Assembly: GCA_938082505.1 (NCBI GenBank)
Contig: CALLLH010000024.1
Span: 13,983-77,982 of the forward strand
Direction: 5' to 3'
Length of the DNA stretch: 64,000 bases
Source of the DNA: an uncultured Flavobacteriales bacterium
GTDB taxonomy: Bacteria; Bacteroidota; Bacteroidia; Flavobacteriales_D; Sanyastnellaceae
In this document: positions 16,855 to 26,664 of the stretch, in pieces
Numbering within the stretch: position 1 is the stretch's first letter
How the letters are laid out: every line of letters starts with the position of its first letter
Notes under the pieces: generated by a model
The model's database searches: none
Seen by the model: the letters and a program-made list of their open reading frames with translations, nothing else
What the model was told of the DNA's origin: nothing
Translations under genes and position numbers: made by a program

Positions 16855-17313
16855 ATGAGAGTTCCGCATTTCCCTCCCTTGATGCTGCTGTTTTTGTCGT
16901 GTTTGGCCATGCCTTCATGCAAGCCGCCTGAACCCGTTACCAGATGTGTCATCGATCGCGTCGAAGTGCTTGAAATCGACGAGAACTACTTCGAGGATAC
17001 CGTGGACGAGGGGAATCCTGACCTCTTCGTGGAATTGCGGTATGCCGGTTCCCAGTCCATTGTTTACACCACCGGCGTGGCCCAGGAAGCACAGTTGCCC
17101 GTCAACCTGGATTTCGTTGCGGTCAACATCGAAGAGGTTGATTTCGAAACGGAATATGAGTTCACCGTCTTCGATGACGATGTAGCCACCACCCAGGATT
17201 TCATCGCCCTGGGACTGCCCTTCAGAGCGGCAGACTATGTGGAGGCCGAGCGGCAGGAAGTCGACATCACGGATGGTGCCACCACCATCCGGGTGCACTT
17301 GATTTGGTACTGA
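16855..17313 (+). CDS. hypothetical lipoprotein
   Basis: 152 aa with lipobox-like LLFLSCLAMPSC and an acidic, beta-rich body. No recognisable family. Confidence 0.6.
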   Translation: MRVPHFPPLMLLFLSCLAMPSCKPPEPVTRCVIDRVEVLEIDENYFEDTVDEGNPDLFVELRYAGSQSIVYTTGVAQEAQLPVNLDFVAVNIEEVDFETEYEFTVFDDDVATTQDFIALGLPFRAADYVEAERQEVDITDGATTIRVHLIWY

Positions 17314-17337
17314 CGTGGTTTGGATGTTGACCTTGAC

Positions 17338-17345
17338 TATATTTG
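17338..17345 (+). promoter_or_regulatory. candidate -7 box TAtaTTTG upstream of rpsT
   Basis: tatatttg ends 18 nt before ATG 17364. The -33 element is ambiguous. Confidence 0.4.
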
Positions 17346-17363
17346 CCCCCCCAAAACGCAAGC

Positions 17364-17621
17364 ATGGCGAATCATAAGTCAGCCCTCAAGCGCATCCGCT
17401 CCAACGAGACCAAGCGTCTCAGCAACCGGTATTACCACAAGACCATGCGGAATGCCCTCCGGAAGTACCGCACGACCACCGATGCGAAAGAGTTGGAGGA
17501 GCAGTTGCCGAAAGTGGCGTCGATGATCGACCGTTTGGCGAGGAAGAACGTCATCCACAAAAACAAGGCTGGCAACCTCAAAAGCAGCCTGCAGCGTCAC
17601 TTGGAGTCCGTAAAATCGTGA
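17364..17621 (+). CDS. rpsT: 30S ribosomal protein S20 (bS20)
   Basis: MANHKSALKRIRSNETKRLSNRYYHKTMRNALRKYR is a classic bS20 N-terminus. 85 aa. Confidence 0.95.
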   Translation: MANHKSALKRIRSNETKRLSNRYYHKTMRNALRKYRTTTDAKELEEQLPKVASMIDRLARKNVIHKNKAGNLKSSLQRHLESVKS

Positions 17622-17660
17622 CCAATTTGGCCGCATGTCGGCCACAAGGATATTGAATCA

Positions 17661-17683
17661 GGGAGGCTTCGGCCTCCCTTTTT
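17661..17683 (+). terminator. rho-independent terminator after rpsT
   Basis: Stem gggaggc, loop ttcg, stem gcctccc, followed by ttttt. Confidence 0.8.
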
Positions 17684-17720
17684 GTTGTTTGGGAAATTCA
17701 GTGGGCCGGCGCGATCCTCG

Positions 17721-18380
17721 ATGAGTTTGCCGCGTCCACGGGAGAAGGCCCTGATGCAGGGGCTTGATGCATTGACCAATGCCGAGCTGCTGGCCATCAT
17801 GGTGGGCAGCGGGCCCCGGGGAGAGGATGCGCTTCAGGTGGCCACCCGTGTCATGAGGTCCATCGGCGGGGACCTCCATGCCCTGGGCCGCTGCGACCCT
17901 CAACGATTGCGAGCGCTCCATGGAATCGGTGACGCCCGGGCTGTGCGGATTTGTGCAGCCATGGAGCTGGGCCGAAGAAGGATGGGACAATCGGAGGTCG
18001 TAGGTGCCCGGGTGGCCCGAGCGAAGGACATCGTAAGTCGCTTCCGTGGCCGCCTCATCGACCTGGATGTCGAGGAATTTTGGGTCTTGGCCTTGTCAAG
18101 GGCCAACACCCCGATTGCGGAGCTTCTGATTTCGAGGGGAGGTCAATCCGGCACGGTGGTGGACCCCAAGGTGGTGTTCAGAAAAGCGCTCTCGGTTCGC
18201 GCCGCGGCCATCGTTCTGATCCACAACCACCCTTCTGGAAATCCCAATCCCAGTGCATCCGACCGGAAGTTGACCCAGGACTTGTGCCAAGCGGGCAAAG
18301 CCCTCGACCTTCCCGTGTTGGATCACGTCATCATTGCCGGGATGCGACATGTTAGTTTTGCGGACAATCAACTGATTTGA
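17721..18380 (+). CDS. radC: RadC-family JAB/MPN domain protein
   Basis: LIHNHPSGNPNPSASDRKLT (JAMM motif) and N-terminal LTNAELLAIMVGSG. Start 17721 preferred because the track start 17682 lies inside the rpsT terminator. Confidence 0.85.
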   Translation: MSLPRPREKALMQGLDALTNAELLAIMVGSGPRGEDALQVATRVMRSIGGDLHALGRCDPQRLRALHGIGDARAVRICAAMELGRRRMGQSEVVGARVARAKDIVSRFRGRLIDLDVEEFWVLALSRANTPIAELLISRGGQSGTVVDPKVVFRKALSVRAAAIVLIHNHPSGNPNPSASDRKLTQDLCQAGKALDLPVLDHVIIAGMRHVSFADNQLI

Positions 18381-19501
18381 TGCCGAAGGACGCCAAAACT
18401 TCCCCAGACTTGCTTGCTGTGATCGGGGCCCGCCCCCAGTTCATCAAGTCTGCAGCCATCACCCGTGCACTTGGTGATTTCGGCATGGCGCAAATGTTGC
18501 TTCACACCGGCCAACATGCCGATCCCGAAATGGGCATGGATTTCCTCTCTGAATTGGGGGTTCCTCCACCGGATGTCATTTTGAAACCGAGCCAGCGGAG
18601 CCGCACCCTTCGGTTGGCTGACATGATGAGAGGGGTGGCCGAGACCATCGAGGATGTCAAGCCCAAGTCGGTCCTCGTCTATGGGGATACCGACAGCACG
18701 TTGGCAGGGGCCCTTGCGGGGCACCATGCCGGCATTCCCGTCGTGCATGTGGAAGCGGGTTTGAGAAGCGGGGACCGTCGCATGCCCGAGGAGCACAACC
18801 GCATTCTGACCGATCAACTCTCGGATATTCTGTGCACCACTGGTCCTGAGGCGACGCGCCAATTGCAGCAGGAAGGAGTGGACGCCGATCGCATCGTGGA
18901 AGTGGGCGATGTGATGTTGGACATAGCCTTGGCCGCCCGAAACATCCTTCCGCGGCGCCTTCCACCATCATGGCCAACCGGCAAGGGGCCGGTGCTGGTG
19001 GTGACGTTGCACCGTCCCGGGACGGTTGATGATCCAGCATTGCTCCAGGGCGCAGTGGACGTGCTGGAGGCATGGTGCAGACGAACATCGGGTCACGTTT
19101 ACTTTCCTGTGCATCCCCGTACGCTCAAGGTGATGCATCATCATGGAATGAGCCTGCCACAAGCCGTGTTCAATCCCGGCCCCATAGGATACCTCGACAT
19201 GCAGGCCGCCTTGTTCCATGGTGATGGGGTGCTCACCGATTCCGGTGGTCTGCAGAAGGAGGCCTGGTTCCAGGGAAACGGGGCGGTGGTGCTCAGGGAC
19301 ACCACGGAATGGAGGGAACTCCTTTCCATTGGAGCCTCGACCTTGTTCGATCCGGCTTTGCTCAGGGCTCCACAGGGCCGTTCAGCATTGGTCGATCGGT
19401 TGGTATCCCCGTCCGAAGTGCCTGAGGTGGAGGGCTCCGGCCTGTTCGGGGAAGGGAAGGCCGCGGCCCGCATTCTGGGTGCACTGCAGAGCAGACGCTG
19501 A
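18380..19501 (+). CDS. wecB: UDP-N-acetylglucosamine 2-epimerase (non-hydrolysing)
   Basis: ARPQFIKSAAI, HTGQHADPEMG, VLVYGDTDSTLAGALAG and HVEAGLRS. ATG 18380 overlaps the radC stop (TGATG). The track start 18377 is TTG. Confidence 0.9.
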   Translation: MPKDAKTSPDLLAVIGARPQFIKSAAITRALGDFGMAQMLLHTGQHADPEMGMDFLSELGVPPPDVILKPSQRSRTLRLADMMRGVAETIEDVKPKSVLVYGDTDSTLAGALAGHHAGIPVVHVEAGLRSGDRRMPEEHNRILTDQLSDILCTTGPEATRQLQQEGVDADRIVEVGDVMLDIALAARNILPRRLPPSWPTGKGPVLVVTLHRPGTVDDPALLQGAVDVLEAWCRRTSGHVYFPVHPRTLKVMHHHGMSLPQAVFNPGPIGYLDMQAALFHGDGVLTDSGGLQKEAWFQGNGAVVLRDTTEWRELLSIGASTLFDPALLRAPQGRSALVDRLVSPSEVPEVEGSGLFGEGKAAARILGALQSRR

Positions 19502-19505
19502 ATCC

Positions 19506-20807
19506 ATGGTGCGTTATCCTGAACTTCCGACCGTCCTTGTGAACGCGCCGCACTGGACACCCCGCCTCGAGGCGGCATTGGAATGGACGTTCACCTCGGT
19601 ATTGGGATTGGGCTGGGAACGGATGGACAAAGCGGCATTCGAGGCCTCGGGTGCGCCATGGAAGCTGTCATACGGTGGCCCGTCAGGGGGACCGGGCTGC
19701 TGGATTGAACCTGAGGGGCTGCTCGATGGAACCGAACTGCGGGCCTTCCCACCCCGAAGCGATACAAGTGATGTGCTTGCCCTGGTTTTCTGGATGGGCA
19801 GCAGGATGGAGGAATTCATGGACACCGCTGCACGAGACCAGCACGGCCGATTCAACCCGGACGGCTGTGTTTCGATGGTGCGCGGTTGGATCGGAAGACC
19901 GGTCTGTGAGGAATGGTCATTTCAGCTTGGAGGTCTGGTTCTCGGCGAGGATTGGCCAGAACATCAGGAGCGGCTCCGGAAAGAATTCGCGGTCGATTCC
20001 ACCTTGGATGTGGACAGCGCCTTCGCCTTCCGGGGGAAGGGGCCGTGGAGGACGGGAGCTGCATTCGGACGGGACGTGTTGAGCGGACAATGGTCACGGG
20101 CCGTGCACCGCTTCCGGGCCTGCAGGGGACTCGACCACGACCCCTATGATACTTTCGATGAGGCCTTGGATCTCCATGCGGCACGCGGCATGCAGCCGAC
20201 CTGGTTCTTCCTGTTGTCCAGATTCGGTACCCATGACAAGGGTGTGGGGGCGAACAGCAAGGCCCTGCGGGGATTGATGCACCGCATGGAAGGGCTTCAC
20301 CCGGGCAGCGTCCAGTGGCATCCCGGCTACACGGCCGCAGGGGATGAGGAGGCACTGTCATGGGAATTCGAAGCATTCAAGGAAATCATGGGCCGGCCTC
20401 CCTGCGCGACACGTCAGCACTACTTGCGGATGATTCCAGGGACGACCCGAAGGCGACTGATTGAGCTGGGCATTGAGGAGGACCACACCGAAGGTCACGC
20501 CAACGTGGCTGGATTCCGTGGTGGATTCAGTCGGCCACGCCCTTGGTATGACCTCGAAAATGAAACATTGACCGGGTTGATGCTGCTGCCGTTTGCTGCG
20601 ATGGACGCGACCCTCAACCGCTACATGAAGCTCACTCCGGATGAGGTGGTTCCGAAGGTTTCGGAATTGATGGATGCAGTGAAGTCCACCGGAGGCACCT
20701 TCCGATTGCTGTGGCACAACGAGACCCTGGCATCGCAGGGCGAATGGAATGGTTGGGGGGCGGTATATCCCAATGTTCTGGAAGCGCTCTCGATGAGACG
20801 CGGGTAA
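19506..20807 (+). CDS. polysaccharide-deacetylase-family protein (Bacteroidetes type with extra N-domain)
   Basis: 433 aa from ATG 19506. Blocks TLDVDSAF, DPYDTF, WFFLLS, VQWHPGY, TRQHYLRM, GFRGGFSRP and FRLLWHNETL. The upstream 96 codons of the track ORF overlap wecB out of frame. Confidence 0.65.
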   Translation: MVRYPELPTVLVNAPHWTPRLEAALEWTFTSVLGLGWERMDKAAFEASGAPWKLSYGGPSGGPGCWIEPEGLLDGTELRAFPPRSDTSDVLALVFWMGSRMEEFMDTAARDQHGRFNPDGCVSMVRGWIGRPVCEEWSFQLGGLVLGEDWPEHQERLRKEFAVDSTLDVDSAFAFRGKGPWRTGAAFGRDVLSGQWSRAVHRFRACRGLDHDPYDTFDEALDLHAARGMQPTWFFLLSRFGTHDKGVGANSKALRGLMHRMEGLHPGSVQWHPGYTAAGDEEALSWEFEAFKEIMGRPPCATRQHYLRMIPGTTRRRLIELGIEEDHTEGHANVAGFRGGFSRPRPWYDLENETLTGLMLLPFAAMDATLNRYMKLTPDEVVPKVSELMDAVKSTGGTFRLLWHNETLASQGEWNGWGAVYPNVLEALSMRRG

Positions 20808-20826
20808 GCCGTTCCTTTGGGTCGAC

Positions 20827-21261
20827 ATGGATGCAACTCCCATCCTCGAAGCCGCGGGCTGGATGATGTTGAGCTTCCTGAAGTTCGTCATCATGCCTTC
20901 CACCGCGATTGCAACCGGCCTGGAGCCCTGGTGGGTATTCGCCTACTCCTTTGGCGGGGCGTCAGTTGGACTGTTCATTTTGAGGCCTGTGGTGCTCAAC
21001 CTCTCGGCCTGGCGTTCGCGTGTGGCCAGAAAGCGGGGCAAAAGGGTGATGACCTCCGGACGACGCAGGATCGTGCGCATCAAAGAACGTTTCGGCTTGT
21101 GGGGTATCGCGGTGATCGGGGGGGTGGTCGGCGTCCCCGTAGGGGCATTCCTTGCATTCAAGTACTTTGGAAGCCGAGCTGAGACGCTGTCTGTCATGGT
21201 CATCGCCTATGCCCTCTGGAGTGCATTGCTGACGACCTTGTCGGTCCTCGCCCTGATTTGA
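20827..21261 (+). CDS. hypothetical small integral membrane protein
   Basis: 144 aa with about 4 hydrophobic helices around a basic loop RSRVARKRGKRVMTSGRRRIVRIKERF. Confidence 0.6.
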   Translation: MDATPILEAAGWMMLSFLKFVIMPSTAIATGLEPWWVFAYSFGGASVGLFILRPVVLNLSAWRSRVARKRGKRVMTSGRRRIVRIKERFGLWGIAVIGGVVGVPVGAFLAFKYFGSRAETLSVMVIAYALWSALLTTLSVLALI

Positions 21262-21265
21262 GACC

Positions 21266-21970
21266 ATGCCCAACCGCACCACACTCTTTTTTGACCTGGA
21301 CCGCACTTTGTGGGACTTTGAGCGGAACTCGTTCGAAACCCTGAAGGAGCTCTTTGCGGAAAGTGGACTCGGCAACCGGGGTCAAGGTGGATTCGAGCGA
21401 TTCAACGAGGTGTACCAGCTCGAGAATGCGCAATGCTGGGCGGACTACCGGATGGGGAAAATGCAGAAGGCAGTGCTGCGCTCAGAGCGCTTCCGGCGTG
21501 CCTTGGTTGGATTCGGCGTTGAGGACGAGGCCTTGGCCGAGACCATGGGGAATGAATATGTGAACCGGGGCCCCAAGCAGCGTCATCTCATTCCTGACAC
21601 CTTGCACGTGCTGGAGGTGCTTCGGAAGCGGGGTCACGCCATCCACATCCTGACAAACGGATTCAGCGAGGTCCAGCACATCAAGGTGGAGAATACGGGG
21701 ATAGCCCCATGGATCGACCGGATGTTGACGAGCGAGGAGCTCGGATGCCTCAAGCCGGCGCGTGCCTGCTTCGATGCAGCGCTGGCCTTGACCAACACGA
21801 GCGCGGAGGAGGCCTGGATGATCGGCGATGACCACGAGGCCGATATCGTCGGAGCCCACGAGGCTGGTTGGCGGGCGGTATACTTCGATCCGGACCATAC
21901 AGGGATTCACGATTCACCAGCCGTTGCCAGGGTGACTTCGCTGATTGATTTGTTGGCAGTCCTCCCCTGA
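21266..21970 (+). CDS. HAD-superfamily hydrolase, YjjG-like 5'-nucleotidase
   Basis: HAD motif I FFDLDRTLWDF and motif IV GDDHEADIVGAHEAG. Confidence 0.75.
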   Translation: MPNRTTLFFDLDRTLWDFERNSFETLKELFAESGLGNRGQGGFERFNEVYQLENAQCWADYRMGKMQKAVLRSERFRRALVGFGVEDEALAETMGNEYVNRGPKQRHLIPDTLHVLEVLRKRGHAIHILTNGFSEVQHIKVENTGIAPWIDRMLTSEELGCLKPARACFDAALALTNTSAEEAWMIGDDHEADIVGAHEAGWRAVYFDPDHTGIHDSPAVARVTSLIDLLAVLP

Positions 21971-22001
21971 AGACGGGTGGGATCAGGGTTAACTTGTGCC
22001 C

Positions 22002-22325
22002 ATGAGTCAGGAGAATCAGGGCAAGAAGCCCAAGATGAACATAGAATTGCCAGAGGAGGTCGCTCCCGGGGTCTACTCCAATCTCGCTGTCGTAACGCAC
22101 AGCCAGACCGAGTTCATCCTGGATTTCATCCAGGTCATGCCCGGCACCCCCAAGGCCAAAGTCCGGTCGAGGGTCGTGCTCTCACCTCAGCACGCCAAGC
22201 GGGTGATGAAGATGTTGGTGGACAACATCGGAAAATTCGAAGGGCAGCACGGCAAGATCGAGATGAGCAACCAGCAGGAGCCCTCGTTTCCGGTCAACTT
22301 CGGAGGGCCCGCCGGCGAGGCCTGA
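22002..22325 (+). CDS. DUF3467 domain protein
   Basis: INIELPEEVAPGVYSNLAVVTHSQTEFILDFIQVMPG...VVLSPQHAKRVMKML. The track start 21996 is GTG and the first ATG is 22002. Confidence 0.75.
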   Translation: MSQENQGKKPKMNIELPEEVAPGVYSNLAVVTHSQTEFILDFIQVMPGTPKAKVRSRVVLSPQHAKRVMKMLVDNIGKFEGQHGKIEMSNQQEPSFPVNFGGPAGEA

Positions 22326-22331
22326 GGGCCA

Positions 22332-23612
22332 TCAATTCCAATGGGCGCCGCGCGCCGTCACGACCCCGCGAACGTGGCCATGCAAGTGCGGTGTGGCACT
22401 GGTGTAGAACGCGTTTGGCGCCAATGAGGAGGTGGCGGGCAGCGTTGCCGTCCCGGTGCTGAAGAAGGTCAGCTCGGCAGGAGCACCCACTTCGATTCCG
22501 CGCGCATCATCGGCTGCGCCCAAGAGTGTCCTCGGACCTTGGACGAGCAGGGCATGCAGCGCCGCCAGTGCTTGAGCCTCATCAGCACCATGGTCCGTCA
22601 GTGCTCCGAGCAATGCTGGTCCGACGGCATGGATTCCGGCAATTCCGGGCCGGACCATCATGAAGTCCACGTCGTGCTCCTCGGGCGTCCTTGGGCGGTG
22701 GTCGGATACGATCACGTCAAGAGAGCCGTGCAACGCAGCGTCGCGCAAGGCCGAACGGTCCTCTGCGGAACGCAGGGGCGGCATCAGCTTCATGTCCCGG
22801 TTGAATCCATCCAGTTCCCCGTCCGTCCAGCACAGGTGGTGCACAGTCGTGCCACAGGTCACCCGAAGTCCGGCGGCCTTGGCATCTTGTATGGCCCGCA
22901 GGCCGGCCGCCGACGTGATCACGGGGAAGTGCAGGCGCCCGCCAGTGTAGCGGAGGATTTCGAGGTCCCTACCAATCCTCAGCAGTTCAGATTCCACTGA
23001 ATTTCCGGGCAGGCCCATGGCGGTGCTCATGGTGCCTTCATTCATGACCCCCTCGGATTGGAATTGGGGATCATGAGCATCGGAGAAAACGGGCAAACCC
23101 GAAGGGGAATGATATTCCAGCGCCCGGCGCACCAATTCCGGCCGTTGCAGCGGCCCATCATCCGAGAAGGCGCGCGCCCCCGCATCGCGGAGGGCGAATC
23201 CTTCGGACAGCTGGGTGCCTTTGCATCCCATGCTCACCGCTGCGATGGGAATGACGCCGCACACCGAAGAAGAAGCCCTGTGCACCAAGGAAATCACCTC
23301 CGAAGGCTGGTCCCGACAAGGCACCGTCGAGGCCACAGGGGCTACCCTTGTGAATCCGCCTTGGGCTGCTGCGGTCAGTCCATGCTTCAAGCCTTCCGCC
23401 CGCTCCGTGCCAGGGTCCCGGAAGTCCGCCTGACAATCCCACCATCCCGCAGAGACCCATGTGCCTTCGAGATCCACTTCGGCTGCACCGGCTCCCATTT
23501 TGGCCGCGGCTTCCATCTCACGGATGATTCCGTCTTCAATGCTGATGTCCACGGATTTTCCGTGCAAGGGATGGCCGGGTTGGAAGAGGCGGGATGCGGG
23601 GAATCGGGTCAT
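22332..23612 (-). CDS. dihydroorotase-like amidohydrolase lacking the N-terminal HxH metal motif (PyrC'-like)
   Basis: 426 aa with DHOase-type blocks GGFTRVAPV and VIVSDHRPRT. The position of DxHxH reads WWDCQADFRDPG. Confidence 0.75.
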   Translation of the reverse strand: MTRFPASRLFQPGHPLHGKSVDISIEDGIIREMEAAAKMGAGAAEVDLEGTWVSAGWWDCQADFRDPGTERAEGLKHGLTAAAQGGFTRVAPVASTVPCRDQPSEVISLVHRASSSVCGVIPIAAVSMGCKGTQLSEGFALRDAGARAFSDDGPLQRPELVRRALEYHSPSGLPVFSDAHDPQFQSEGVMNEGTMSTAMGLPGNSVESELLRIGRDLEILRYTGGRLHFPVITSAAGLRAIQDAKAAGLRVTCGTTVHHLCWTDGELDGFNRDMKLMPPLRSAEDRSALRDAALHGSLDVIVSDHRPRTPEEHDVDFMMVRPGIAGIHAVGPALLGALTDHGADEAQALAALHALLVQGPRTLLGAADDARGIEVGAPAELTFFSTGTATLPATSSLAPNAFYTSATPHLHGHVRGVVTARGAHWN

Positions 23613-23637
23613 GGTGCGGGATTTGGTCGTGACCGGT

Positions 23638-25764
23638 TCAGGATGTGGAGGGTTCAGCCGCAGGCAGAGCAGACTTTCGCTTGAGCAACATCATTTCAAT
23701 GAGCAGGAAGAGGAGTGCCAAGGCAATCAGACTCAGCCACAGGGGTTGGCCGGCCTCGAGCACCTCCACTTCATCCACGAGGTCCTCGACATCGGCAGAG
23801 AGCACATCGCTGCGCAACCATCCCTGGGTGAGGAGGGCCTGTTTCCAATCCTGGGGGTCCCACGTCTCCAACGCACTCTCCAGACGGGAGGGGTTGATGC
23901 CAAGCGCCATGATCACGGATGAAGAGTCCCCTTCGTTCCCGGATTCTATGGATTCGAGCAGATAGGTGCCGGGTGCCGCTTCGCGCAATGGGAGGAAGAC
24001 TTCCACTCCGCCGGGAACGGCAGAGGATTCAAGCAGGGTGCGCGATTCGGGACCTGCTCCGGCTGGGCGCAATGCCAACTCTGCAAGGGCGGATCGTTCG
24101 ATGCCCTGCAACAGAACAGCCGTTTCCTCCCCGGCTGTGAACTGGTGGAGTCCTGTGGCACGGCTCGTTTCGGCCATTCTGAGCGCGATGGGAACGAGCA
24201 GGGCATGCTGGGCCAGGTTCGACCATTTCGGATCGAGGGGCGAGGCCGAGAAATAGTAACGTCCCAAGCCACTGAGACCAGTGGTCAGAAAGGGCCGTCC
24301 ATCCGAGAAGGACAACAGTGGACGCTCCAGGGATCCGCTCCGGCTGCGGGTATGCCATCCCTTTATTGTGGGAAGGTCCACCCTGCGGGGCGCGCGCGAG
24401 AATACGCCACCGAAGAGGGGGTGTTCATGATGCAATTCCCCCAGCCGCACCGGATCATCGGCTTCCATCCAAGGCCCGATGCCGTGGGCACCAAGACCAA
24501 TGAGCAGTTCTTCCCAACCCGAACCCAGCGCTTCCGGAGGGGGCAGCAGCAGCAAACTCTTGCCGGCATCCACATTGCGCAGCAGCGCGGAGACCAATCC
24601 GCTCGACGGATCCTGGATGCCCTGCAGCACGATCAGGTCAGCCGATTCCAATCCGGCATAGTCCATGGCCGCAGCGGACATCGTGCTCACCTCGTGCAGC
24701 GCAGCATCCCCGAACAACCGGCCCAAGGCCACCTGTTCGGCAGGTCCAGCAGCGCGGCCTTGAATCAGGAGCACGTTTACATTCTTCGCGACTTCATAAC
24801 CCAGGTGCAAGGCATCATCGAAGGTCACAGGAGCATCGGTGGTGGAGACCACTGCGTGCATGGGACCACTGCGCTCGTGCCGAAACCTCAGTACCGTGTC
24901 GGTCGGCAGGCCCGGAACGATGCGAAAGGACCCGATGGCGGTCTTGCGACCGTTGATGCTCAGACTGAGCGGCAGATCGTCCACGGGCCTTTCCGCGTCA
25001 TGGGCGATGCGGACATGCAGGACCTCACTGCGTCCGACGAGCCGCATGGGGGTGTCGAACCAAGCAGAATCAATGCGGACGTTGACCTTGGGCTGCGCAT
25101 CCTGCGTCACAAAACGCACGACCATGGAGGAATCCACCATTGGTCCGGAACCTCCGGAAAGGGAGTGGCTCGACTGTTGCAGGTCGGAAAAGAGATAGGC
25201 GTGGCGCTGTTCCACGTCCTCGGTCGAGAGGAATTCCTGTTGGTGATGGAGCACATCGAGGATGGCCGGGGCGGCATATCCCGGAGCGACAGATGCGATC
25301 CTTTCGAGGGCTTCATCCTTGTTCAACCAGCGGCGGTCACCGGGCAGGAACTCCGAGGTGACCACATGGAACCGGTCCGTCGGCGCGTGGGACTCAACCA
25401 GCGCCAATGCGCCGTTCTTCGAGGCTTCCAGCATGGGGCCGTTGCGCCCTTCCAATTCCATGGAAGGGCTGGTGTCCAGATAGATGGAGACGACCTTGCG
25501 TCCTCCTTGCTCCTCATTGGATTCACTGGGCCAGAAGGGCTCCGCGAAGGCGAGGATGATGCAGGCCAAGGCGGCAAGGCGCATCAGCAGGATGAGCCAG
25601 TGACGGATGCGGTTGCGGGACCGGGATTCCATCCTGACCTCTTTGAGGAAGGCGGTCTGGGAAAATGCGACCTTGCGGTGGCGTCGAAAACTGAACAGGT
25701 GGACCAGCACCGGAATGGTCAGCGCCGAAAGCGCCCAAAGGACCTCGGGGTGGACAAACTGCAT
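23638..25764 (-). CDS. BatA-domain (N-terminal double-TM) protein
   Basis: MQFVHPEVLWALSALTIPVLVHLFSFRRHRKVAFSQTAFL is the typical aerotolerance BatA N-terminal double-transmembrane signature. A C-terminal TM is also present. 708 aa. Confidence 0.8.
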   Translation of the reverse strand: MQFVHPEVLWALSALTIPVLVHLFSFRRHRKVAFSQTAFLKEVRMESRSRNRIRHWLILLMRLAALACIILAFAEPFWPSESNEEQGGRKVVSIYLDTSPSMELEGRNGPMLEASKNGALALVESHAPTDRFHVVTSEFLPGDRRWLNKDEALERIASVAPGYAAPAILDVLHHQQEFLSTEDVEQRHAYLFSDLQQSSHSLSGGSGPMVDSSMVVRFVTQDAQPKVNVRIDSAWFDTPMRLVGRSEVLHVRIAHDAERPVDDLPLSLSINGRKTAIGSFRIVPGLPTDTVLRFRHERSGPMHAVVSTTDAPVTFDDALHLGYEVAKNVNVLLIQGRAAGPAEQVALGRLFGDAALHEVSTMSAAAMDYAGLESADLIVLQGIQDPSSGLVSALLRNVDAGKSLLLLPPPEALGSGWEELLIGLGAHGIGPWMEADDPVRLGELHHEHPLFGGVFSRAPRRVDLPTIKGWHTRSRSGSLERPLLSFSDGRPFLTTGLSGLGRYYFSASPLDPKWSNLAQHALLVPIALRMAETSRATGLHQFTAGEETAVLLQGIERSALAELALRPAGAGPESRTLLESSAVPGGVEVFLPLREAAPGTYLLESIESGNEGDSSSVIMALGINPSRLESALETWDPQDWKQALLTQGWLRSDVLSADVEDLVDEVEVLEAGQPLWLSLIALALLFLLIEMMLLKRKSALPAAEPSTS

Positions 25765-25806
25765 CTACACGCGAATTTAGCGACCAACCGAACGGATTCC
25801 CCCTTC

Positions 25807-26664
25807 ATGTCCCACCGAAGTCAACGCCGCAAGCCAACCCGCAGGAGGCGACCCCCACAAACCACGCTGGCGCAGTGGAGGGAAGTGCTGGATGAGGCCG
25901 CTGACCGCTATGAACGACCGGGTTTTCTCGAAGAGGATCCGCTGGGGATTCCCCATCGGTACAGCAACCGGGACGATATCGCCATCGCGGGCTTCCTGGC
26001 TGCCACACTCGCCTGGGGCAACCGCAAGAGCATCCTGCGCTCCTGCAACAGCCTGCTCGACAGGATGGACGATGCGCCTGCCGATTTCATTCGGAATGCC
26101 AAACCTGCCGATCTCGCGGTTTTCGACGGTTTCGTCCACCGCACTTTTCAAGCGGAGGATGCGCAACGGTTCATGCGTTGTCTGCAGTCGCTGGAGCGGG
26201 ATGGCGGGCTGGAAGGTGTCCTGACGAACGCGGTTTGTGGATCTCCCGACACGGCAGGACAAAAGGGGTTGCCCGATCTGGGAATGGCCCTGCACGGGTT
26301 CAAGCTGCGGTTCTTCCAGGATGAATCGGCGGGTCGAACCGTGAAGCATGTAGCGGACCCCCTCAAGGGCAGTGCGGCCAAGCGGTTGTGCATGTACCTC
26401 CGGTGGATGGTGCGCTCTGACCGGCGCGGAGTGGATTTCGGATTGTGGCAGGACATCGACCCCTCCCTCCTGAGGCTGCCCTTGGATGTCCACACGGCCG
26501 GAGTGTCGAGGGCCATGGGATTGCTGAAGCGCAAGGCCAACGACTGGCAGGCTGTGGAAGAGGTCACCCAATCACTTCGTTGGCTCGATGAACGCGATCC
26601 GGTGCGCTACGATTTTGCCTTGTTCGGCATGGGCGTCCACGGTGCCCTAGGGCCCCTTCACTGA
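25807..26664 (+). CDS. TIGR02757 / DUF2400 family protein
   Basis: 285 aa from ATG 25807 with EEDPLGIPHRYSNRDDIAIAGFLAATLAWGNRKSIL. The upstream 554 codons of the track ORF are antisense to the BatA gene. Confidence 0.75.
   Translation: MSHRSQRRKPTRRRRPPQTTLAQWREVLDEAADRYERPGFLEEDPLGIPHRYSNRDDIAIAGFLAATLAWGNRKSILRSCNSLLDRMDDAPADFIRNAKPADLAVFDGFVHRTFQAEDAQRFMRCLQSLERDGGLEGVLTNAVCGSPDTAGQKGLPDLGMALHGFKLRFFQDESAGRTVKHVADPLKGSAAKRLCMYLRWMVRSDRRGVDFGLWQDIDPSLLRLPLDVHTAGVSRAMGLLKRKANDWQAVEEVTQSLRWLDERDPVRYDFALFGMGVHGALGPLH

Noticed and set aside
24145-25806. First 554 codons of the 839-aa plus-strand ORF 24145..26664
   Set aside because: This part is antisense to the BatA-domain gene. Only the last 285 aa (from ATG 25807) show the TIGR02757/DUF2400 signature.
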